DNA of 64,000 nucleotides from assembly GCA_029838195.1 (NCBI GenBank), contig JALGVJ010000008.1:70132-134131 (forward strand), read 5' to 3'. The position numbers and the translations under genes were made by a program. Below, one piece after another: positions 8,376-19,938 of this stretch. A model generated the notes under the pieces. It worked only from the letters and a program-made list of their open reading frames with translations, was not told where the DNA came from and searched no databases. The stretch is from Promethearchaeota archaeon (lineage in GTDB: Archaea; Asgardarchaeota; Lokiarchaeia; Sigyniarchaeales; SOKP01). How positions within the stretch are numbered: the first letter of the stretch is position 1; every line of letters begins with the position of its first letter.

Positions 8376-11300
8376 ATGCCATTAGATAAAACAATTAAGA
8401 AAGCATTGGTTTTGGGCTCAGGAGGAATAAAGATTGGGCAAGCCGGCGAATTTGATTATTCGGGAAGTCAAGTTCTCAAGGCATTAAAAGAAGAAGGAAT
8501 TGAAGTCATATTAATTAATCCCAATATTGCCACGATTCAAACAGATCCTCAATTATCTGATAAGGTATATCTTCTGCCCTTAAATGTAAACTATGTCGAG
8601 GAAGTTATAAAAAAAGAAAGACCGGATGGAATTTTATTGTCATTTGGCGGACAAACCGCTTTAAACGTGGGAGTTGAGCTTAAAGAACAAGGCATTTTAG
8701 AAAAACATGGTGTAAGAGTTATGGGGACACCTATTGAAGCAATTGAGGCTACTGAAGATCGTGATCTATTCGTTAAAGCCATGATGCGAGCTAATGCGAA
8801 AGTTTGCAGGAGTAAAGCTGTTAATTCTTATAGTGAAGCGATTAAAGTAGCAAAAAGTTTTGGATTTCCGTTAATGATTCGAGTAGCATATACTTTAGGA
8901 GGCAGGGGATCTGGAATTGTTAATAACATGAAAGAGTTTGAAAAGGTGGCTAAAAGAGGACTTGCGCAATCAAGAATTAATCAGATTTTAATTGAAGAAT
9001 CAATTTGGGGTTGGAAGGAGATTGAATATGAAGTGGTAAGAGATGCTGCAGATAATTGTTTTATAAATTGTAACATGGAAAATTTCGATCCCGTAGGGAT
9101 TCATACTGGTGAAAGCATTGTTATTGCTCCGAGTCAAACCCTCACGAATGAAGAATATCACATGCTCCGCTCGGCTTCTATAAGAATTATTAGAAGTCTT
9201 GGAATTATTGGAGAATGCAATATTCAATATGGACTAGATCCTAATTCAAAAGAATTTCGAGTCATCGAAGTAAATGCACGCCTTTCTCGCTCTTCAGCAT
9301 TAGCCTCTAAAGCAACAGGCTATCCTCTGGCATATATTGCCGCTAAATTAGCCATTGGGTATACCTTGCCAGAATTAAAGAATAAAATCACGGGCATTAC
9401 AACCGCATGTTTTGAGCCTGCTTTAGATTATGTGGTATTAAAAATCCCCCGGTGGGACCTCACAAAATTCAAGAGGGTAGATAGAATGATTGGAAGCCAA
9501 ATGAAATCTGTTGGAGAAGTAATGGCCATAGGTAGAACTTTTGAAGAAGCTGTCCAAAAAGCCATTAGAATGCTAGATATTGGAATGAAAGGATTTGTTG
9601 CGAATGATCTAAAGCCCATTGAAGATATCGATGAATTAAAGTTCGTGTTGAAAAATCCTACTGATCTGAGATTATTTAGAATTGCAGAAGCTATTAAACG
9701 GGGACTTTCAATAGATGAAATTTATCGCTTGACCCGAATAGATAAATGGTTCTTATATAAATTAAAAAATATCATCGATATAGAACTACAGTTAAAAAAA
9801 TTAAATATTTTAAAAACTCCTCGTGAGGAATTAAAATATTGGTTTACACGGGCCAAGCGCTTTGGATTTTCTGATGGACAAATTGCTAAAATTTTAAATG
9901 TCGATACGATTAAAATTAGAAATTTAAGAAAAAACTTGAAAATCCAGCCATTCGTCAAGCAAATCGACACTCTTGCGGCAGAATGGCCCGCACGGACTAA
10001 TTATCTTTATTTAACCTATAGTGCCGCGGAACATGACATTGATTTTGAAAAAGAACGACAACAAAATGATTTGCGCAAGGTAATCGTGCTCGGAAGTGGA
10101 ACATATAGAATTGGGGCCAGTGTCGAATTCGATTGGGGCTCAGTAAATTGTTTATGGGGGTTGAAAAAATTAGGAATTAATCAAGCGATAATGATTAATT
10201 ACAATCCGGAAACCGTATCTACTGATTATGATATTTCAGATAAGTTGTACTTTGAAGAGCTCTCCGGTGAACGAGTTATTGATATTTGCGAATATGAAAA
10301 GGCATATGGAATCATAGTGAGTGTCGGAGGGCAAATCGCTAATAATTTAGCATCTAAATTCTCAAAATATTCTGAAGTCTTCAGGAAAACAAACTTAAAC
10401 ATATTAGGAACGCATGGAAGTCGAATCGATATGGCAGAAGATCGCTCAAAATTTAGTAAATTGTTAGACCAATTAGGAATTAAACAACCTGAGTGGAATG
10501 TTTTAATTGATAAAGAAGAGGCAATTAAATTTGCCAAGAAAGTAGGCTTTCCCGTTCTCGTTCGCCCTTCTTATGTATTAAGTGGGGCTGCAATGAGAGT
10601 ATCTTACGATGAAAATACTTTAAAAGATACCTTGGAACTCGCAGCAGCCGTCTCAAGAGAATATCCCGTAGTTATTACAAAATTTTTTACTAACGCACGT
10701 GAAGTAGAATGTGATGGAATCTGTGATGGACAAAACGTGTTTATTGGAGCCATAGTTGAACATATAGAAAATGCGGGCATTCATTCTGGGGATGCAACCA
10801 TGACCATTGGTCATTATACCATTTCAAAGAATGTTATCGAAACCATTGAAGATTATACTCAAAGAATTGCTAAAGCTTTGCAAATCCATGGCCCCTTTAA
10901 CATTCAATATTTAGTAAAAGATGAAATGGTATATGTTATTGAATGTAATCTTCGCTCTAGTCGAAGCATGCCTTATGTATCGAAAACTAGAGGAATAAAT
11001 CTAATGAGACTTGCGGCCGAAGTATTTCTCGGGAAAAAAATACCTGAACGCTTATTACACATGCCTTATGGAGAATATGTCTCTGTTAAAGCCCCCATAT
11101 TTTCCTTCATGCGATTAGACAAGGCTGATCCCGTTTTGGGTGTGGAAATGGCAAGTACGGGAGAAGTTGCGTGTCTTGGAGATACATTTTCAGAAGCACT
11201 CCTAAAAGCTCTCGAAGCCGCTGAAATGAAAATCCCCATCCATGGAGGTAATGTATTCATTTCTGTAGGAGGAGAAACACTAAAGCAACAAATCATTCCT

Positions 11301-11690
11301 TTAGCAAAAATGTTAAAGGCTCTTGGATTTAAGATATTCGCAACGGAAGACACTGCTCAAGTATTAAAAATAAACGGTATTTATGCTGTGAAGCTATATA
11401 AAATTCATGAAGCAGGAATGGAACCCAATATCATGGAATGCCTCCAAAATGGTGCGATTGATTTAGTCATCAATATTCCTCATCCAAACACTACAGAAGA
11501 AAAATTTAGAACAATTTTGGAGGATGAATATAAAATCAGGAGATTATCTGTAGATTATAACATCCCAGTATTCGTAAACTTACAATTGGCAGCGGCTGTC
11601 ATTAGTGCGATTGAAAAAATGCGCAGAAAGCAATTCGATATTAAATCTCTTAATGAGTACCATGAAACTTTAGAAGAAATTTATTGGTAG
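8376..11690 (+). CDS. carB: Carbamoyl-phosphate synthase large subunit
   Basis: LGSGGIKIGQAGEFDYSG, duplicated ATP-grasp domains, NPETVSTDYD, C-terminal MGS domain; probable start MPLDK at 8376 rather than 8286. Confidence 0.97.
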   Translation: MPLDKTIKKALVLGSGGIKIGQAGEFDYSGSQVLKALKEEGIEVILINPNIATIQTDPQLSDKVYLLPLNVNYVEEVIKKERPDGILLSFGGQTALNVGVELKEQGILEKHGVRVMGTPIEAIEATEDRDLFVKAMMRANAKVCRSKAVNSYSEAIKVAKSFGFPLMIRVAYTLGGRGSGIVNNMKEFEKVAKRGLAQSRINQILIEESIWGWKEIEYEVVRDAADNCFINCNMENFDPVGIHTGESIVIAPSQTLTNEEYHMLRSASIRIIRSLGIIGECNIQYGLDPNSKEFRVIEVNARLSRSSALASKATGYPLAYIAAKLAIGYTLPELKNKITGITTACFEPALDYVVLKIPRWDLTKFKRVDRMIGSQMKSVGEVMAIGRTFEEAVQKAIRMLDIGMKGFVANDLKPIEDIDELKFVLKNPTDLRLFRIAEAIKRGLSIDEIYRLTRIDKWFLYKLKNIIDIELQLKKLNILKTPREELKYWFTRAKRFGFSDGQIAKILNVDTIKIRNLRKNLKIQPFVKQIDTLAAEWPARTNYLYLTYSAAEHDIDFEKERQQNDLRKVIVLGSGTYRIGASVEFDWGSVNCLWGLKKLGINQAIMINYNPETVSTDYDISDKLYFEELSGERVIDICEYEKAYGIIVSVGGQIANNLASKFSKYSEVFRKTNLNILGTHGSRIDMAEDRSKFSKLLDQLGIKQPEWNVLIDKEEAIKFAKKVGFPVLVRPSYVLSGAAMRVSYDENTLKDTLELAAAVSREYPVVITKFFTNAREVECDGICDGQNVFIGAIVEHIENAGIHSGDATMTIGHYTISKNVIETIEDYTQRIAKALQIHGPFNIQYLVKDEMVYVIECNLRSSRSMPYVSKTRGINLMRLAAEVFLGKKIPERLLHMPYGEYVSVKAPIFSFMRLDKADPVLGVEMASTGEVACLGDTFSEALLKALEAAEMKIPIHGGNVFISVGGETLKQQIIPLAKMLKALGFKIFATEDTAQVLKINGIYAVKLYKIHEAGMEPNIMECLQNGAIDLVINIPHPNTTEEKFRTILEDEYKIRRLSVDYNIPVFVNLQLAAAVISAIEKMRRKQFDIKSLNEYHETLEEIYW

Positions 11691-11933
11691 CTCCTACATG
11701 ACCAAATAATATAGGATTAAAAATTTTACCGCTTATTTTCTTAAAAAATTCAAATTTTAATATGAGAGATCCTGATCAATTACACGGCAATCTCTCTTTA
11801 ATTGTTCCATGGAACGTGAAAGGGCAAGAATTATAAATGCCACCTATTTTTTTTCAATGGAGCTTGATTTAATGTTAAAATTTTTATAAATGAAAAAAAA
11901 AAATATATATTAATAAATAAGCCTTCATGAACC

Positions 11934-12596
11934 ATGAATCTTAAAGGATGGAAAAATAAAGCCTATCTTTTCATTATTATTGGAGGAATTCAATATATTA
12001 TCTTAATTCTAATCGCAACCATGTTTTATGCTGGTGGTACTAAAAGTAATCCTGGACGGCCAGGATATTCTTTTTGGTCAAATAGCTTGAGTGATCTGGG
12101 GAGAACTATTGCCTATTCAGGAATTCACAACACCACTTCAATGATAATATTTACCATTACATTGACCATTTGGGGAAGTTCGCTCATTCCATTTTTTTTA
12201 GCCTATCAATCTTTTTTCAAGGAAGAGAAAAAACAAAAAATTAGTAGCCGTCTTGGAAGTATATTTGGAATGATCGCAGGGGTTTGTTTAATAGGGATCG
12301 CTTTTACTCCCGCAGATATTCTAATTGCCCCACACATGATCTTTGTATATATTGGGTATACAGCTATTTTATTAGTGGGCATCTCTTACACGGTTGCTGT
12401 ATTTTTAAATAAAAATTTTCCAAGAATTTATTTTTATATCTTTCTTATTTTCACGATAATATTTTACGTTACAGTTTCAATCGCATTAATTGGTTTAAGT
12501 GGGAGTGAAACACTTTTAGCCACCGGACAAAAAATTGGACGCTTTTCAACGGTTGCTTGTTTCGCAATTGCTGGATATGGTGCCTTAAAACGATAA
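11934..12596 (+). CDS. Multi-pass membrane protein (DUF998-like)
   Basis: GYSFWSNSLSDLG motif, about 6 hydrophobic helices. Confidence 0.6.
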   Translation: MNLKGWKNKAYLFIIIGGIQYIILILIATMFYAGGTKSNPGRPGYSFWSNSLSDLGRTIAYSGIHNTTSMIIFTITLTIWGSSLIPFFLAYQSFFKEEKKQKISSRLGSIFGMIAGVCLIGIAFTPADILIAPHMIFVYIGYTAILLVGISYTVAVFLNKNFPRIYFYIFLIFTIIFYVTVSIALIGLSGSETLLATGQKIGRFSTVACFAIAGYGALKR

Positions 12597-12888
12597 GATT
12601 GCTTTTTTATTTATTTTTTTTTTTCTTGATATAATCCATCTTATAATTAAAGGAAAAAATTTTAGTGATTAGAAGCGAACTTCAGTTCGCAAGGAATTTT
12701 TTTTATTTTTTATAAATTTTCGCTTCGATTCTGTACATGATGATAATATTTGACCTGTTTTTAATAAATTAGGGTTTCTGTTTTTTATTTTGGAAATTAA
12801 AGAATGAATTGTTTAAGAAAAAAAGATGTTCTATTAGAATAAATTAAAAAAAGTTAGACCACTAATTTGAAGTTTTTTTAATAATTAC

Positions 12889-14340
12889 CTATTCTTGGGA
12901 AATAAATCTCTTATCAGTTAATCTGTGAAAGGGAATTTTATAGCCCTCGGGAAATGGACTCTCGTAAACCTTCCCCTTTAAATCTTTTTTGAATTCTTTT
13001 TTAGCTTCCTTGACTAACTCGGGATTCCTCATGAAATCTAAAGCTGTATACGCCAATACTTTGGAAGCAGCAAGCATGCCTTTATGGCCAATACTCATCC
13101 CTGCCGTCGCTACATTCTGCCAACAATGTCCTAATGCTCCCATTACATAGCATGTCATCACGAATTGCCCTAAAGGAGTGACCCAAGAGACATCTCCTAC
13201 ATCTGTTGACCCCGGCGCTACTTTTCCTTTATCAAAATCCGCTATTATTGCGGGAAATAAGGGCTGACTAAATAATTGAGTTGCTAATTCTTTATACTTC
13301 TCAGGTACTAAACTCATTATTCCATCCATGGCTGTAGAGGGGATGGTTTTTTTTAATTTCTGAGCAAATTCTTGCTCTTCTTTATTAAAACGAGGTGCCC
13401 CCACTATTTTCATATTTTTATGAATGACTTTACAAACCACTTCATTATGGATGGGATTATATAATCCTCCAAGATAATCAATTTCAACCTTTGTTTCGGT
13501 CATCAGGGTGGCACCCTTGGCAATATTTACCAATCGATGATAAATCTCATCGACTTGATATCTTTGCGGAGCTCGAATAAAATAATATACCTCTGCCTCC
13601 TCAGGTACCACGTTTGGCGCTTTTCCTCCATTGGTTATGATATAATGAAGCCGTGCATCGGGAATGATGTGTTCTCTCAAATAATTAGCACCCACGTTCA
13701 TTAATTCTACCGCATCTAAGGCACTGCGCCCATTATACGGGTCAGCGGCAGCATGGGCTGCTCGCCCCTTGAACTTAAAAATAGCGGAATCTAAAGCTAA
13801 ACAAGACGTTAGCATCACTGCGTTAAGATAAAAAGGATGCCAAGTGAGCGTAATGTCTACATCATCAAATAATTTACCCGGATGAATCATGTAACCCTTA
13901 CTATTAAATGATTCTTCAGCCGGACATCCATAATATCTAATGGTACCGTTTACCTCGCCCGCGTCTATTGCTTCTTTTACTGCTAAAACGGCAGCCAGCG
14001 CCCCGATTCCTAAAAGGTTATGCCCGCAGCCGTGTCCAGGGGCTCCCTCTTTTAACGGTTTTCGAATAGGTTCTGCGGCTTGACTCATTCCAGGTAAGGC
14101 ATCATATTCTCCTAAAATTGCAATAATTGGTTTTCCTTCCCCGTAACTTGCTGATATGGCTGTTGATAATTCTAATACACCTAATTGTACAGAAAATCCC
14201 GCCTCTTTTAAAGCATTTTCTATTAATTTTGAAGTTTTATACTCCTGCAATCCCGTTTCAGCAAACTGCCATGCCTGATTACTAAGGAATATGAATTTTT
14301 CCTTGTTATTTTTAATCCATTTTCCGTACTTTTTCCACAA
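12889..14340 (-). CDS. M20 amidohydrolase (AbgB-like)
   Basis: GEYDALPG, GHGCGHNLLG, GCPAEE, GSTDVGDVSW. Confidence 0.88.
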   Translation of the reverse strand: MWKKYGKWIKNNKEKFIFLSNQAWQFAETGLQEYKTSKLIENALKEAGFSVQLGVLELSTAISASYGEGKPIIAILGEYDALPGMSQAAEPIRKPLKEGAPGHGCGHNLLGIGALAAVLAVKEAIDAGEVNGTIRYYGCPAEESFNSKGYMIHPGKLFDDVDITLTWHPFYLNAVMLTSCLALDSAIFKFKGRAAHAAADPYNGRSALDAVELMNVGANYLREHIIPDARLHYIITNGGKAPNVVPEEAEVYYFIRAPQRYQVDEIYHRLVNIAKGATLMTETKVEIDYLGGLYNPIHNEVVCKVIHKNMKIVGAPRFNKEEQEFAQKLKKTIPSTAMDGIMSLVPEKYKELATQLFSQPLFPAIIADFDKGKVAPGSTDVGDVSWVTPLGQFVMTCYVMGALGHCWQNVATAGMSIGHKGMLAASKVLAYTALDFMRNPELVKEAKKEFKKDLKGKVYESPFPEGYKIPFHRLTDKRFISQE

Positions 14341-14584
14341 TTAACCTTTTCACCACTCGAATAAAATTCAATCTTTCGTGTTTCCCTTGAACATAAAACG
14401 GTTTTTAATTAAAACCTTTGCTTTTAAATTTTTTTTAACTCTCTAATGCATTACTTAACAAGTCATTTTGCTCATTCATTCATTATAAAATACTTGAAAT
14501 TATTCATGTTATTGATTTGGAATAAGCTTTTTAATGATGGCAATGTATTTTTATCTATTAATCATGTTAAATGAATGAATTAAA

Positions 14585-16225
14585 ATGAATGAGATTTTAA
14601 TTAAGCAAGGAACAATAATCGATGGAACTGGTGCAAGATCTTATAAAGCAGATGTATTAATAAGGGGGGATCTCATAGCAAAAATAGGAAATCTTGAAAA
14701 TCTTTCCATTTCTAAGAAGATCAAAGCCGAAGGATTAGTCGTGAGTCCTGGTTTCATGGATGTGCATTCTCATTTAGGTTTTTTGATGGCTTCCCCTCGA
14801 CATTCCAAATTATTAGAAAATTGGACACGACAAGGCGTCACTACGATTGTTTCAGGAAATTGTGGATATAGTCCCGCTCCTATTAATCCGGAGATGCTAC
14901 CAGATTTAGAAAAATATTGGTATTTTGCCTTTCCAAAGGAAGGATTGCAGTTTAACTGGAAAACCATGGAAGATTTTTTTAATTATTTAGAAAAGAAGGG
15001 AATCTCTCATAATTTAGCCATGCTAACTGGACACAATACGTTAAGAGCAAATGTCATGGGATTTGAGAATCGATCTCCCTCAAAAAGGGAAATGGATGAA
15101 ATGAAGGAAATGCTGGAAGAATCGATTCGAGCTGGCTCAATTGGTCTTTCCTTAGGATTAGATTATGTTCCGGGAATCTTTTCGAAAACTGAGGAGCTCA
15201 TGGAATTAGCTTCGGTATTAACGCCTTTTCAAGCACCTTTGGTTCCACATGCTAGAGGTTTTTTAGGAAATTTATTTACCCAAGGAATGAGAGAAATTAT
15301 TGAAATTGCTGAAAAGAACAAGATTCCATTACACATTTCCCATCATGCGGGAGGAGGGGTAAGCAGAGCACGAAAAATTATTTCAGAAGAAATAATAGAA
15401 GCAATCCAAAGAGGGGTAAAAATTAGCCATGATAACATTCCCTTTCCCAATGCTTCAACCACCGTACTAAACCTATTTCCTCCTTGGGCATTTAGCGGTG
15501 GAATGAAAGAATTTTTTAATCGCTTGAAAGATGCTAATATTAGAGAGCAAATCAAAAAAGAAATGAGTAGCTTCACTCCAAAATGGCCTCCTTGGGAATA
15601 TAAGTGGTGGACCCATAGAGGATTTAACAAGAATCTTTTCATCTTCGGACTCACCAAAAAAGAAAATCATCGATTAAATCACAAGAAATTATTTGAGATT
15701 GCTGACATTCTTAATAAAGACCCCGCGGATGCATTAATTGATTTGGTTCTTAGTGAAGATGGCAAAATTTTTTATATTAGCGGTCAATTTGATAGTCCTC
15801 TGGGGGAAGATTATGTTAAAACCATCATATCTGATCCAAATTGTTCAATAGGCACTGATATCGTGGGACTCGATTTTAATACCATTTCTCCCGTGATAAA
15901 CGGCGCATTTACGAAAATCGTGGGAAACTATGTTCGAGAAGAAAAATTATTTTCATTGGAAGAAGCCGTACGTAAAATCACATCATTACCCGCTTCTCAA
16001 ATGCAAATCGAAAATAGAGGGGTAATAAAAGAAGGGTTTCATGCTGATATAACAATATTCGATCCGGCCACTATCAGTTGCACAGCTTCGTATAAAAACC
16101 CTCATGTACCTCCAGAAGGAATTGAACATGTCATTATTAATGGGCAAATAATATATGAGCAAGGAATCTATTATAATAATGTATTAGCCGGAAAAGTTTT
16201 AAGAAAAAATTACTCGTTTTCATGA
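14585..16225 (+). CDS. N-acyl-D-amino-acid deacylase family amidohydrolase
   Basis: PGFMDVHSH, QGVTT..GNCG, LEEAVRKITSLPA, ADITIFD. Confidence 0.88.
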   Translation: MNEILIKQGTIIDGTGARSYKADVLIRGDLIAKIGNLENLSISKKIKAEGLVVSPGFMDVHSHLGFLMASPRHSKLLENWTRQGVTTIVSGNCGYSPAPINPEMLPDLEKYWYFAFPKEGLQFNWKTMEDFFNYLEKKGISHNLAMLTGHNTLRANVMGFENRSPSKREMDEMKEMLEESIRAGSIGLSLGLDYVPGIFSKTEELMELASVLTPFQAPLVPHARGFLGNLFTQGMREIIEIAEKNKIPLHISHHAGGGVSRARKIISEEIIEAIQRGVKISHDNIPFPNASTTVLNLFPPWAFSGGMKEFFNRLKDANIREQIKKEMSSFTPKWPPWEYKWWTHRGFNKNLFIFGLTKKENHRLNHKKLFEIADILNKDPADALIDLVLSEDGKIFYISGQFDSPLGEDYVKTIISDPNCSIGTDIVGLDFNTISPVINGAFTKIVGNYVREEKLFSLEEAVRKITSLPASQMQIENRGVIKEGFHADITIFDPATISCTASYKNPHVPPEGIEHVIINGQIIYEQGIYYNNVLAGKVLRKNYSFS

Positions 16226-16534
16226 TCAAGGGGGATATCTCTTGTAAAAAAGCGTCTATAAATTAAGATTTAAAAAAAGTTCTTTTTTTATGATATTGCT
16301 GGTATTCTTAAAGGGCGAGAAGTTATCGGAATTAAAACATCGTGTTTTAACGACGATTTTAAAGGAAAAATCATTCATGTTTCAAATGAGCACTATTATT
16401 TATAAAAATAAATTCAAGAAATTTCATTTCCAATTATTGGAATTATACGTAAATTAGTTTTTATATCACGGACTAATATTATAAAAAGAAAAATAGAATC
16501 GATTTCAATATAAACAAATTTCCAATTCGTATTA

Positions 16535-18661
16535 ATGTCGATAAAAAAGAAGGCTGAAGATGAGGAGGAAATCCATGTTTTCGAATTTTACGAGGTAGAT
16601 CATGAACCTTCTCTTGAATTTAAAGATATTGCCAGGGCCAAATATAATGAAATTGATTTTGAAAACGATCTGAATGAAGAGCAACTAACCATCATTAATA
16701 ATCTTAAAGGTCCCATGCTTGTCATCGCTGGTGCAGGTTCAGGAAAGACAAGAACTATTGTCTATGCGGTGGCTAAGTTATTGTTATCAGGAGTCAAGCC
16801 CTCAGAAATCATGCTTGTTACGTTCACGAATAAAGCGGCTAATGAAATGATTAAAAGAGTGGAAACCCTTTTAGGAGAGCGCCCAAAAGGGATGTGGGCG
16901 GGTACATTTCATGCTTTAGCAAATCGATTTCTAAGAATTTACTCAAAAACAATAGGAATTAAACCAAATTATGTCATCATGGATGAAAGCGATTCGGTAG
17001 CCCTCATGAAATTATCCATTGATTTAGCCAACGTGTCAGAAATTGAAGAACGATTTCCCTCTTCCAAAGTTGCGAAAAGCATCCTTTCTTATTCCATTAA
17101 TTGTAATAAAACGATTAAGGATGTCATTCTATGGAAATATTCAAATTTCGATAATCCTAAAATCATTTTGAAGCTAGAAGAAGTTTATAAAATCTACAAG
17201 AAGAAAAAAGCAGAAGCTGGATTATTAGATTTTGATGATCTGTTAGTTTTTTGGAATCAGTTATTATCAGAAAAAAAAGTGGCTCAGTTAATTGCTAAAA
17301 ACATCAAATACATATTGGTAGATGAGTATCAAGATACAAATTACATTCAAGATGAGATCATTTATAAGATAATCTCACTTAATCCCGAGCGGAATATTAT
17401 AGTAGTGGGAGATGATGCTCAAAGTATTTATGCCTTTCGAGGGGCTAATTACGAAAACATTTTGAATTTCCCAAAAAAACATGCAGATTGTAAGATTTAT
17501 TACATCACGTATAATTATAGAAGCATTCCCGAGATATTAGAATTGGCAAATGATTCCATAGACCATAACATGCGCCAGTTTAAAAAAAACATGCGCCCCA
17601 CGAAACCTTCCGGCATTAAGCCTTTTCATGTTCAAGTAGCGGATGATGATGAACAAGCTCTATTTATCGCTAATCAAGTTTTAAAATTGCTTTCTGAGGG
17701 TTATGAATTAAATGAAATAGCGATTTTATGCAGAGCGGCCTTTCATACATTTAAAATTGAAATGCAATTGAGAGCAAAGAACATTCCTTTTGAAGTGCGG
17801 GCAGGGGTTGCTTTTTTTGAAAGGGCCCATGTTAAAGATGTATTAGCTCACCTCCACTTGATTGAAAATCCACATGATGAGTTGTCGTGGCATCGAATAT
17901 TTTCTATGATTCAAGGAATTGGATCCTCTTCAGCTGTAAAAATTTTTACAGCCCTCTTGAATATCGAAAATCCCATTGAACAACTCTGTTCCAAGGAATT
18001 TTATTCCACACATTTAAAAGGTGAAAGAATTCCTCAAAAAGGCATTAAGAACCTCATGAACCACGTTGCTAACATGAGACATTTTAGTTCTGAGGATAGA
18101 CCCGAAGAACTGATAGTAACGATCAGTAAGTTTCTCGAATCTTACATTCAAGCTCGTTACGAAAATTGGCAAGATAGAATGGATGATCTAAAACAACTAG
18201 CAATATATGCACAAAATTATGATTCTGTTAAACGATTTTTGGACAGTTTAGCTCTTAATCGCTCCACTATTGAAGCCAAAAGGTGGTTATTAGGGGACCA
18301 ATCGGAAGAAAAAGCGCCTTTAATCATATCGACCATTCATCGTGCTAAAGGCTTGGAGTGGCGAGTAGTATTTATTCCCATGTTGTGTGAGGGATTTTTT
18401 CCTTCCTCTCGTGTGTATGGAGATGGAGAGGCATTTGAAGAAGAGCGAAGAGTTTTTTATGTTGCTGCCACTAGGGCAAAAGAGAAACTTTATCTCATCA
18501 CACCAGCCATGATTCGAGGGTTTAGAGGATACGATATTCATGGTACATCTCAATTCATTTCTGAATTAAATCCACGCGTGTATAAAAAAGCTACGGTAAG
18601 ATTTGATTCGAAGGAAAATGAAAAAAATATAGGATTCACGTCCGCAGCGGATTTATTATGA
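16535..18661 (+). CDS. UvrD/PcrA-like SF1 helicase
   Basis: AGAGSGKT, TFTNKAA, VDEYQDT, GDDAQSIYAFRGA, STIHRAKGLE, EERRVFYVAATRA. Confidence 0.93.
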   Translation: MSIKKKAEDEEEIHVFEFYEVDHEPSLEFKDIARAKYNEIDFENDLNEEQLTIINNLKGPMLVIAGAGSGKTRTIVYAVAKLLLSGVKPSEIMLVTFTNKAANEMIKRVETLLGERPKGMWAGTFHALANRFLRIYSKTIGIKPNYVIMDESDSVALMKLSIDLANVSEIEERFPSSKVAKSILSYSINCNKTIKDVILWKYSNFDNPKIILKLEEVYKIYKKKKAEAGLLDFDDLLVFWNQLLSEKKVAQLIAKNIKYILVDEYQDTNYIQDEIIYKIISLNPERNIIVVGDDAQSIYAFRGANYENILNFPKKHADCKIYYITYNYRSIPEILELANDSIDHNMRQFKKNMRPTKPSGIKPFHVQVADDDEQALFIANQVLKLLSEGYELNEIAILCRAAFHTFKIEMQLRAKNIPFEVRAGVAFFERAHVKDVLAHLHLIENPHDELSWHRIFSMIQGIGSSSAVKIFTALLNIENPIEQLCSKEFYSTHLKGERIPQKGIKNLMNHVANMRHFSSEDRPEELIVTISKFLESYIQARYENWQDRMDDLKQLAIYAQNYDSVKRFLDSLALNRSTIEAKRWLLGDQSEEKAPLIISTIHRAKGLEWRVVFIPMLCEGFFPSSRVYGDGEAFEEERRVFYVAATRAKEKLYLITPAMIRGFRGYDIHGTSQFISELNPRVYKKATVRFDSKENEKNIGFTSAADLL

Positions 18662-18867
18662 TTTTTTTCGAAATAACTTCAAAAATTATTAAAAACGTAT
18701 TAAACGAAAATTAGAAATTATCCTGGATAATTATTTAAAAATAAACTTTTATGAGTAATTTTAAAAATTCAAAAGGAATCATTAGATCTCATTAATTAAT
18801 CTCTTACTTTATCGTTCTTGACCATCATGTTAGCGGTCAAGAAGTTCAATATCTAATTAATCAGCTT

Positions 18868-19938
18868 CTAATCTACGTTAATGATATTATAACTGGCCGC
18901 TTTTCTTAATCTATTCATGATAGCCAATCCGATACCTTTAAGTGAGATCCCTTCCGCAATCACCACATCGACATTTTCCTCATCAAATTCTCTCAATAAG
19001 CGAAATAAGTTTCTTGCTATTTCAGTAAAATCGTTTCTATTTCCTGCTGATTTTATTACATCCGCATTATACATGAACTTGCTCTCATTATTTGCTAAAA
19101 TACCCACTTTTTTTCCTTCTTTCATGTATTCATGAGCAATTTCTTGAACTTTATTCATTATCTTTTCCATCTTTTTCCCTTCAATGATGATTAGTTTAGC
19201 ATTTGGAGCATAATGTCTATGTTTCATGCCGGGTGAGGGTATTTTTTCTACAAGAAGCGATTTTTCTGAGAGAACTGTGGGATGCAGTTCTACTTTTCCT
19301 AAGATATTTTTCAGTTGTTCAAGAGTAATACCTCCTGGTCTTAAAAGCATGGGAACGGCACTTGTCATGTCGATTACTGTCGATTCTACGCCAATATTGG
19401 TGGGACCTGCATCGATAATAGCATCAATCCTTCCGTATAGATCTTTTTTGACGTGTTCCGCAAGGGTTGGACTTGGTTTTCCTGCTAAATTAGCACTTGG
19501 TGCTGCAATCGGAACCCCTGCTTGCTCAATCAATGCTAAAGCCACCTCATGTTTAGGCATTCTAATAGCAACAGTATTCAAACCCGCTGTTGTTTCATTC
19601 GGAACGATCTTTGATTTTTTTAATATTAACGTGAGAGGGCCTGGCCAAAAATTTTCAATTAAAAGCTCTACTTTTTCGGGTAATTCTTCAACCAAAAAAT
19701 GAATTTCTTCCTTGCTGGAGACGTGTACTATTAATGGATTGTCTGCCGGTCTGTTTTTAGCAATAAATATTTTCATTACAGCATCGGAATCGAGGGCATT
19801 TGCTCCGAGGCCATAGACAGTCTCTGTAGGAAAAGCAACGGTCCCTCCCTCTTTAATGATCTCTGCGGCAATTTTAATCACATGAATTTCTGGATTTGAG
19901 GGGGTTACCTTTAAAATCTTGGTTTCCATTTTCCTCAT
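18868..19938 (-). CDS. sua5: Threonylcarbamoyl-AMP synthase (Sua5)
   Basis: FPTETVYGLGA, KNRPADNPLIVH, APSAN, PGMKHRHYAP plus SUA5 C-terminal domain. Confidence 0.95.
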   Translation of the reverse strand: MRKMETKILKVTPSNPEIHVIKIAAEIIKEGGTVAFPTETVYGLGANALDSDAVMKIFIAKNRPADNPLIVHVSSKEEIHFLVEELPEKVELLIENFWPGPLTLILKKSKIVPNETTAGLNTVAIRMPKHEVALALIEQAGVPIAAPSANLAGKPSPTLAEHVKKDLYGRIDAIIDAGPTNIGVESTVIDMTSAVPMLLRPGGITLEQLKNILGKVELHPTVLSEKSLLVEKIPSPGMKHRHYAPNAKLIIIEGKKMEKIMNKVQEIAHEYMKEGKKVGILANNESKFMYNADVIKSAGNRNDFTEIARNLFRLLREFDEENVDVVIAEGISLKGIGLAIMNRLRKAASYNIINVD

